A stretch of DNA of 60,000 bases, taken from positions 77,626,001 through 77,686,000 of the forward strand of contig NW_024704743.1 of NCBI RefSeq assembly GCF_018977255.1, in the 5' to 3' direction. Below, piece by piece: positions 51,085 to 60,000 of this stretch; position 1 is the stretch's first letter; every line of letters begins with the position of its first letter. Both the position numbers and the translations under genes were made by a program. Under the pieces are notes generated by a model. It worked only from the letters and a program-made list of their open reading frames with translations. It was not told where the DNA came from and made no database searches. This DNA is from Callorhinchus milii (Eukaryota).

Positions 51085-51338
51085 TCATAACAGCAGTGAC
51101 CCACAGACAGTTGTAGTTGAGTGACCAAAATAAATAATTAAAAATTATTATTTTTTTCTTTCAGGGGTTATTACAGGAAAAGTGATCCTCCAATTGACTA
51201 ATAACTAGTTTCTGACTTACCTCTTGGTAAATAGGCTTGTGGAGTAAGGAAAACTTGCCTAACATTTCGCCCTGCCTGGGAATCAAACCCGAGTCCTCTC
51301 GCTTGCAAGGTGGTGCTCTAACCACTAAGTTACAGGAT
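51085..51338 (-). mobile_element. Long-form tRNA SINE (head and middle)
   Basis: Reverse complement matches 26379-26690. Confidence 0.8.
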
Positions 51339-54300
51339 TTAGTTTATTTAAATAGATATAAATAGATTTAATTTAGAAGCTGATTTTCTGTAACTTCTTT
51401 TGCACGAAACAGACTTCAACCTTAAGACTGAATTCAACTATGTATCAAATTCTGGCCACACTGAAATGCTACAAATATAAAGTGGATCTAGGCCCACGTG
51501 TTTTTTCTCCCCATTTGAAAGCTGCAAAATCTAATAAGGCTGAACACTAACTGAAGAAATAGTCCCACTTTTTTGCCTTAAGAGCTACATAAGTTTCCCA
51601 TTTTAAAATTTTATTTCAGGAGTATTTGTTAAAATAATGGACTCTGTCACAACTTGCAAAGAAAATGTGATTTAAATTATTAAAGCAAAAGGGGTTTTAA
51701 ATGAATAAAACACCAACTCACCTTACTTATTAAATGATTTAGTCCACCTATCCTAGATGAACTCATTAGATTTCAAAATCTTCCATAGCCTTAGATAAGG
51801 CACATTTGCAGCTTTACTAAAAACACATTCAAATTCTTTATCCCATCCATTCCAAGCTCCATTGTCTCAAGTACCTCAGAGGATCATGTTTAAGATCCTT
51901 ATCCTGGTCTTCGAATCCCTCTATGGTCTTGCCCATCTTCCCTGTGGAATCTTTTCCAGACCTACATTCCAGCTTGTACTTGCTCTAACTGGTTAGCAGG
52001 AGGAGGACTTTAGGGCTTCTATATAGTTATCCACAGACTAAAAGGAATCAAAAATGCGATAAGATCACAAACAAAATAAACAATAGGAAAAGCCATATAC
52101 ATGTTCTCTTACATGAAAACGTGGATTTGAGCCAACGCTTCTGCCATTAATTTTCACAAGGGAATTGTCATTTTTATGGCTCAGTTTGGGCTCTGAAGCA
52201 GATGAATTGGTTCAAAGTACTCCAAAAAGAGACTTCATCTCTCATCGTGATTAGTTACTTTGCCATCAAGCTACAATTAGGAAGGACTTAAGAAAACTAA
52301 AACAAATGCAAACTCTTTACTCCTCAAACTTCAAATAATTCTTTAAATAAATCGAGTTACATGAGAGAATTTTATCTGATTTGGATTCAAGCCAACAGGG
52401 TGATGTAATACTCATCCAACCCAAAATGGTATAATAGGTAGAAATGTGTACTTTTACTGATAAAAGAAAACATGGATACCATTTTGATATGTAGGGCATA
52501 TATTTTTATTGAGATGCTTTGATAAATTGATGCTCCTGTTCATTCGGTATGGACAAGATATAAATGGAAATTTTCCACTGTACAGTTGAACCTCATTGCT
52601 CAAAGCTCTTATTCTAATTTTGCTGGTCTTAGTAGAACCATGGAAACTTACTCCATCCCGGAGTCCCTCAGATCTGCCCCTCCCTTTCAAGCTGTCTCAA
52701 GACCTTCCTCATTGCCCGAGCCTTCGGTCATCTTTCCCCTCCCATCTTCAACTCCCACCCCAAGGTGCAATATGAATGTAAATTACCTTAATTCCTGTGT
52801 ACCCCACACTCTTGTCGTCTAAAACACATGTGGAACATGCACACACCCGTCCCCCCACCCCCCACAGTTCTGTAAATTTTAACCCAACAGTGTCAATAAC
52901 CACATCAAAATGTATTGTTTGCTTCCAGCTAAAAGTAATATCCTCCTTTATTGGAAAATTCTCTGATTCTGGGCTACCTAAATATTTGTTCAATTCCTAA
53001 TAGACTACATCCCCCAAGAAAGCTTTACTTATATCAAAAATTAATAATGTCATTTTGACTTCAGCCAGAACTGCGATAGTACATGTTTTTTTAATTGGCA
53101 TACGATGGGGTTGGCATATAGCTTTTTTGTGGTTTCTGAACTATTGGCTATAATATTATCGAATTTGAATGTTGCATTTTGCATTTTGCAGCTATCAATA
53201 TGTCTCCATCGTTGCTTTGCAAACTGAAAAACTGTTTTCTTTAGCTTGGTATATGCATAGCAAGCTTTATTGTGAATTGGGCACCATCTTAGCATCTTTT
53301 TTGCCTTTTACAACAACAATGAAAAATTGCATTTGTATAGCCCATTTCACGTTGGGAGGACATCCCAAGGCGCTGCAACAGGTAAAGGTGATCAGCTTTC
53401 ACTCTGAATGCATTAGTCAAATGCAGCAAAGCTGTCGAAATGCTGAGAAAAATATGTGCTGGTAACTCAAAGTAAATCAAACTGTCATGTATCTAAAACT
53501 TTTCAATTTACCCTCAAACTAACCTTTTATCACTTTACATCATCAAAAGTACCAAAATGCTTTAAATATTTAACCATGTATTTTAAATACTGTAGCTGTG
53601 AATATCACATAATCATTGCACTTGTTCTACAGCCCGTTCATTCCCTTGTGTATATACATACGGTTTTCAATTATATCCTCATAGCTTTGCATTGTGTAAT
53701 ACAGAGAGGTTGCAGCCATGCACGGCGACATCAGTGACATAGCCTCACAAAGTCTGGCTGCATGTGGGCCAGCATGAAGGGAATCCCACAAGACCCTTGT
53801 CATTTACCACTGCACAGCAATGCACCAAAGTACAAGAGGTGCTATGATTTGAAATTGTTAAACAAATATGCTGACAAAGGAAGCAAGCAGGTCAAGCCAT
53901 GGGAGAAAGGCAGCTCATTTCACTCTGTGGGGCGGTCAAATACAGAAGTAACCAAAGTTTTAATCTATTATTATACTAACAGAAATCATCAAGTTGTGGA
54001 TGCATTAGGAAAGATTAAATCATTGAACCCAATAGTTATGTTAATAAGAGGATGTAGAGTGTAGAAAAACGGTTTCATGAGGCGTGCACAATTTCAAAAA
54101 ACAATCTAGTGCAAATAAGGCATCCTTATTGAGTGTGGAAATCTGGTATAAAAATAATTTATCACTGCTGGAGTGCAGTGTGGCTGCCCTGCTAAGCTCC
54201 AGTAACAAGTATGAACCCATGATTCAAATCCTGTTGCAGGGGAGCAACAGTAAAGTACTCTGTTACAGTGGTTGTCATGTACATTTTCCAATTAGTATAA

Positions 54301-54669
54301 TATATTATCAATTATGAAACAAACAAAACTCAGAGTGCAGATTGATACTCTGAGGAGGTTGTGTTTAATTACTCAACAGTGCTAGAGGGACACATACACA
54401 CATAACCCCCTCCCCCACCACACACACATACACGTATGCAGTTACATACGCCCACGCATGGATACACAAAAATACACACATTTTAATATGCATTAATATT
54501 CTTGCAATACTCACAGAAATTATAACCAGGCCCTTGATGTAGTTTTAAAATATAATTTTTATAACATTGGTAGATTTTAAGGGTACGAAAATTGTCCAAG
54601 ACCGCATTGCTGAGTAAAATATGCAAACTAAAGGCAGTAGAACAGAGCTAATTTGGGGGTTTATTTTGT

Positions 54670-54879
54670 GGAATTTCTTAATGAATTTCTTAATTAAGAA
54701 ATCCAGAATTGTGTGACACTGACTCTCGGGAACTCCACTCTAACCCAATCTATTTTTGGAGCTAAGTTCCTACGAGTCAGAGTGACACGCATGAGGCAAT
54801 TCCAGTTACAGACAGAGTCCCCACTCAGATTCCTTAATTAGGAAATCCATTTCTTAATTAAGAAATCCATCAGGATACA
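54670..54879. repeat. Palindromic element with repeated ATTTCTTAATTAAGAAAT units and an internal hairpin
   Basis: The 18-bp palindrome occurs near both ends; gtgtgacactgactc..gggaact / agttcc..gagtcagagtgacac inside. Confidence 0.75.
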
Positions 54880-55369
54880 CTACAAAGTTGACCCCATTAT
54901 ATCATGAATGGTACAAAGTGTAATGTTCCTTTGGGTGTGATCTTAGCCCATTCTCATCAAGTTGCACTTGCAAGGCCTGTATTTTAATTTCAATGTCTCT
55001 GATAACACATATCCAAAAAGCTGACATTTCACATATTTTTTTTGTGCACTCAACAAGATCCAATTCCCAGGGGACCCCCTTTGGAGATGATAATAGCAAG
55101 ACTGTGAAGTAAGGATTCCAGAGCTGTGGGGAGGCTTTGGGTAAACAGAGAGCAGGTGCAGTGTGAAAAATATAACTTTTTTTAAAAAAAAGACTATTCT
55201 TGGATCCTTTGCTAGCCCTGTGATAAAAGGCACTACCTGTACTGAGCCATAGAGACCAGAATTTTGCTTGAATGTCAATTTTTTGTCGATGTGTTTAGCT
55301 GAACTCAGCTGAGGCAGCAGATTGGGCTCTAAGAATTGGTCTGTGACTGTGTATGTCACAGGCAAACTC

Positions 55370-55525
55370 GGCAGCTAACTTGGCCACAGCAATGTCCCAC
55401 AAGAAGGTATGAAGTGAATAACCAATTTTATTTTGGGGGTGGAATTGTTGACCAGGATACTGGGAGAAACTTCCTTCCCTTTTTGAATAGTGCCAATGGA
55501 TCTTTAATGTCCACTTGAACAGGCA
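55370..55525 (-). mobile_element. Deu-domain SINE fragment
   Basis: cacagcaatgtcccacaa...tttttgaatagtgccaatggatctttaatgtccacttgaac. Confidence 0.7.
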
Positions 55526-55631
55526 AATGGGGAATTGGCAAGCAAGCCAATAACACTAACTTTCACAGTTTACAAATGAAGAATGCAATTGAGGGAAGGT
55601 ACTGCAGTTCCTTGTGGAACTGCACCTAGTA

Positions 55632-58600
55632 CTGAGCCTACTGACCCAGGTACTTAAACTCTACGCCGGAGCGAGTTCAGCTAGGGGGAGGGGAGGGGAG
55701 GGTCTGGAGGCGGAGCGGGGGAACCGCTGACGTGATAGATTAGTTTTCAGGTGAGTGGGCGCGCAAAAACAAAAAAAAAACCTCTGCGCCCCCCCCCCAC
55801 CCCCAGGGCTCACATCAGAGCCCACTATGGTCCTGTTGGGTTCGCTGCCCCAATCTACGGGATAATGCCATCCACCTGACCGCTCGCTCCCGGTCCCCGC
55901 GTGCGCACTATGGCTGCCGCTCTGACCCTCACCCCCTCACCCCCTCCCTCCCTCCCCCCTCCTCTCTCCCCCCAAACCCTCCCCCCTCTGCATCTCTCCC
56001 GCTCTCTCCTCCTCTCTCTCCGTCCCTCTCGTCTTCTATCCCCACTTGACCCTCCCACAACCTCCCTCTGTTCCAGCCTGGGAATCCTCCGCCGGGCTCA
56101 CCGTGGCACTCGGCGTTGGCTGTCCAGCAGCAGCCACACCGACTGCCCCATTCCCCACCACACTCGCCACCCACCCCGGACACAGACCCGGGGAGTCAAC
56201 CTCTCCTCCCTCATCCCCATTCCCCCCACCCCTGCCTCACAACCTGGACCCCCCTCCCCTCCCACACACCCTTCTGTCAACCGCTCCCTCCACATCGGAC
56301 TGCAAAATGTCCGCTCCCTCTGCAACAAGGCCCTGGTCATCAACGATCTCATCCTTGATGAGAACGTTGATATCATGGCCTTAACAGAAACCTGGCTCAC
56401 CCCAGGCGACACCTTCCCCCTCACGGAGGCCACGCCACCCGGCTACACCTCCCACCACATCCCCCGCCCCAACCGCCGTGGCGGTGGTGTTGCCCTTATC
56501 TCAAGGACACCACTTGCCCTATCCCCCTACTCCACTGGCTCTTTCCCCTCCTTTGAGCACCTCACCCTCTCCCACCCCTCATTCCTCTCCCTTAAAATCC
56601 TCCTCCTCTACCGGCCCCCTAAAACCTCTCCCACCTTCATCTCTGACATTTCAACACTCCTCACATCTCTTTGCCTCTGCTCTGATCGCCTCATCATCCT
56701 GGGCGACTTTAACCTACACTTCACCCCTCCTGCTCCATCTCCACAGACTTCTCTTCCCTGCTCTCCTCACTCAACCTCTCCTTACACATAAACTCCCCCA
56801 CTCACAGTCACGGCCACCCACTCGATTTGGTGATCACCCGGGGCCTCAGTGTCTCGGATGTCACTATTACCGACAAGGCCATCTCTGACCACTACTTCAT
56901 CTCCTTCACCACCTCCACCCCCCTCCCCACCTCCACCAGACCCACCACCATCTTCTACCGCCCTTGGAAGAAGTTACCCCCACAATCCCTAACCGATGCC
57001 TTGGAGTCCTCTGAACTCCTCTCCCTCTGGCCTTCAACCCTCACCGACCCCTCTTCTCCTCTCTCCCTCCTCCACAATACCCTCTCCTCCACACTCGATA
57101 CTCTTGCCCCCATCACTTCCCGCACTGTCTCCTACTCCCGCTCCTCCCCCTGGTACACCACCCACCTCCGCTCACTGAAAAGCCAGGTGCGGGCTGCTGA
57201 ACGCACCTGTGTCAAATCTGGCCTAACGGTCCACCGACAAATCTGGCTGGACCTCCTCAAAATTTACCGCTCCACTCTAGCCTCGGCCAAGTCGTCCTTC
57301 TACTCCAGGATAATCCTGGAGGCGAAGAACAACCCCAGGCTACTGTTTTCCACCACAACCCGACTCCTCCGTCCCCCCCGCCACCCCGCGCAGGTCATCT
57401 CCTCCAACCTTCACTGCGAGGAGATGCTGGATTTCCTTGAATCCAAGATCAAGGGAATCCGCTCCGCGGTCACTTCCCCTCCAACTTCCACCCACCACCC
57501 ACCCCTTCCCTCCCACACTCCGACTCCTACCCATCCTCCCCTACACACCTTCGTACCCGTTTCCCCACCCTCTGTCACTGAACTCATCCTATCCCTAAAA
57601 CCAACCACCTGCTCCCTTGACCCCATCCCCACTCCACTCCTTATCTCCCAGCTCCACTTTCTTGCCCCACATATCACTGACATCATCAACCTGTCCCTCT
57701 CCTCTGGCTCTGTCCCCATTCCATTAAAAACTGCCATCATCACGCCCACCCTGAAAAAACCCTCCCTTGATGCGTCGCAGCTATCAAGCTACCGGCCCAT
57801 CTCCAACCTCCCCTTTCTCTCCAAGGTCTTGGAAAGAGTTGTCGCCTCCCAACTGCGCTCTTTCCTTTCCACCCATTCTCTTTTCGAACCCCTTCAGTCA
57901 GGTTTCCGTGCTGCCCATAGCACAGAAACTGCCCTGGTCAAGGTCACCAATGATATCCTGACCATCTGTGACCAGGGCTCCCTCTGTCTCCTCGTCCTCC
58001 TCGACCTATCGGCAGCATTCGATACGGTCGACCACGCTATCCTACTCCACCGCTTGTCCTCCCACCTCAACCTTCAAGGCACTGTCCTTGAATGGTTTAG
58101 GTCGTACCTTTCTCACCGTCTTCACTTTGTCTCAACGAATGGCTTCTCCTCCACCCCCGTACTGTCTCATGTGGTGTCCCTCAGGGCTCTGTCCTCGGTC
58201 CCCTCCTCTTCACCCTCTATATGCTCCCCCTCGGTGACATCATCCGCAGACATGGAGTTAACTTCCACATGTATGCGGATGACACCCAACTCTACCTTTC
58301 CTCCTCTACTCTCAACTCCACGACCACCGATGTCCTGACAGCCTGCCTGTCCGACATCGAGTCCTGGACGAGAGACAACTTTCTTCAGCTCAACGTGCGA
58401 AAAACCGAGGCCCTCCTGATTGGCTCACGTCAGCGCCTCCGCACCTCAGGCGCTGACACCATCAGCATCCAAGGCTGCACTCTCCACCTCTCAAAGCCAG
58501 TCAGGAACCTCGGCGTTTTGTTCGACCCTGAGCTGTCCTTTCTCCCTCACATCCGCACCACAACTGGCACCGCCTTCCATCACCTCCGGAACATCGCCAG

Positions 58601-59333
58601 ACTACGGCACTACCTCACCCCTCACGCTGCTGAAACCCTGGTCCACGCCTTTGTCACCTCAAGGCTGGACTATGGGAACTCTCTCCTCGCCGGCCTTCCC
58701 GCCACCTCCCTCCACAAGCTGCAGGTCATTCAGAACTCTGCAGCTCGTGTACTGTCCCGCACCAGGCTTCGGGACCACATCACTCCCACCCTCGCTCGCC
58801 TCCACTGGCTCCCCATCCCCCAGAGGATTGATTTCAAGATCCTCATCCTCACCTACAAGGCCATTCACGGCCTTGCTCCCTCCTACCTCTCCAACCTACT
58901 ATCCCCCTACCTACCTGCCCGTACCCTCCGTTCCTCTGGCTCCGGTCTGCTCCACGTCCCCCGCCCCAACCGCCCTACCATCGGTGGTCGGGCCTTCAGC
59001 CTCTCAGCCCCCAGGCTCTGGAACTCCATCCCCCAGTGCCTTCGCCTTGCTTCCTCCCTTTCCTCCTTCAAGGCCGGTCTCAAAACCTTTCTCTTTGACC
59101 GTGCCTTCAGCTCCCCTCTCGACTCTCTTCCCCCTCCTCGCTCCCTCCCTTCCCTCCCCTCACCCTGACCATTTCCCCCCCTCCTTCCTCCCCTCCCTGC
59201 TTCCCCTCCCCTCCCCTCACCCTGACCATTTCCCCCCTGCTCGGGTCATGACCCAACTGTGCAGCGCCTTGGGACGTCCTCCTGACGTGAAAGGCGCTTT
59301 ATAAATGGAATCTTGTTGTTGTTGTTGTTGTTG
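55632..59333 (+). mobile_element. Young L2-clade LINE, ~3.7 kb, near-complete ORF2, 3' stem-loop and (TTG)n tail
   Basis: APE and RT motifs; 3' end GCGCCTT-gggACGTC-ctcct-GACGT-ga-AAGGCGC followed by (TTG)n; TAGTA at 55627-55631 and 59334-59338 as apparent TSD; flanks rejoin into an older SINE resembling 24240-24365. Confidence 0.95.
55910..59168 (+). pseudogene. L2 ORF2 (apurinic endonuclease + reverse transcriptase) with two 1-bp frameshifts (~56722, ~58156)
   Basis: LQNVRSL, ALTETWL, GGGVALI, LYRPP, ILGDFN / PTHSHGHPLDLV; YRPISNLPFLSKVLE, QSGFR, HSTETAL, LDLSAAFDTVDH / [21 protein letters not shown] (58272), [17 protein letters not shown] in cactATGG context. Confidence 0.95.
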
Positions 59334-60000
59334 TAGTAAGAATCAGCACCTCGGGATAGGAGGACAGAAAAGAAGGTAAACTGGCAAAATACATTCCCTG
59401 AATTTATGTTAAACTGAGATGTTCTGATGTCATAAGGGAAAATGGAAAGAACGCAGTTGCAATCATGTTTGATCATCCAGAAATCCTGCTTTTCTGTATG
59501 TATTTGGAACGCTCACCCACCCCAATGAAAATATAATTCACCACGTCAAGATAAGGCTTCTTCAGTCTTGCTGCACCAGCCCCACTGTTGATTTGTGGAA
59601 AAGTGCTTCAAGATGCTATCTTGCATGAAGGGCACTATATAAATGCAAGTTGTTGTTGTTGAATTGATTCCAGTTTAAAAATAACAAGACTCAATGTGTA
59701 ACTTATCTTGCCTGTGCTAAACATAACAGCCCATTGGAACTGGAGTCAGGATTCAGGAAGACATTGTTGTTTAACAATGAAATCAATGTAGCTGTTGGGA
59801 ATGAGTGGAGGAGAAGGTCTGTGTAGTCTACAGTGTGCAAGCAACCTAATAACCAATCAAGCCACATCTCCACTATTATATGAATCATATGAAACTTCTA
59901 CACACAAGACTATATTCAGCCCAGTATTTAGGCTTATTACTAATAGAAAATCTATCATACACAAGTAATAACCATTCTATTCACAGTAAATAATTAAGCA

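Noticed and set aside
55800..55920. HDV-like or twister ribozyme at the LINE 5' end
   Set aside because: Could not fit the pseudoknots or conserved catalytic residues; only simple stems are seen
55855..59304. Many overlapping and antisense ORFs, including 58420-59304 (294 aa)
   Set aside because: Off-frame products of the C-rich, stop-poor L2 sequence

Overview
A 60-kb, AT-rich, repeat-dense vertebrate window with no host protein-coding gene that I can recognise, so it is probably intronic or intergenic. The repeat content suggests a cartilaginous fish, possibly a chimaera; this is inference from Deu-domain SINEs, shark-type CR1 3' ends, Penelope-like fragments and C-rich L2 LINEs. The only clearly identifiable protein-coding sequence is the APE-endonuclease/reverse-transcriptase ORF of a young L2-clade LINE (55632-59333, apparent TSD TAGTA), broken only by two 1-bp frameshifts at C-runs. 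A young tRNA-Ala-headed SINE family shares the L2 3' stem-loop. The most notable items are: minimal hammerhead-ribozyme cores in Penelope-like fragments; a structured leader upstream of L2 ORF2 with a bulged UAAUG stop-start; a ~2.3-kb nested inverted repeat around a CpG/promoter-like core; several near-perfect palindromes; a duplicated exon-like unit near 10.7-11.4 kb; and a possible decayed ORF at 0.5-2.4 kb. Nearly all ORF-track entries are artefacts of repeats. Boundaries of old repeats are approximate.
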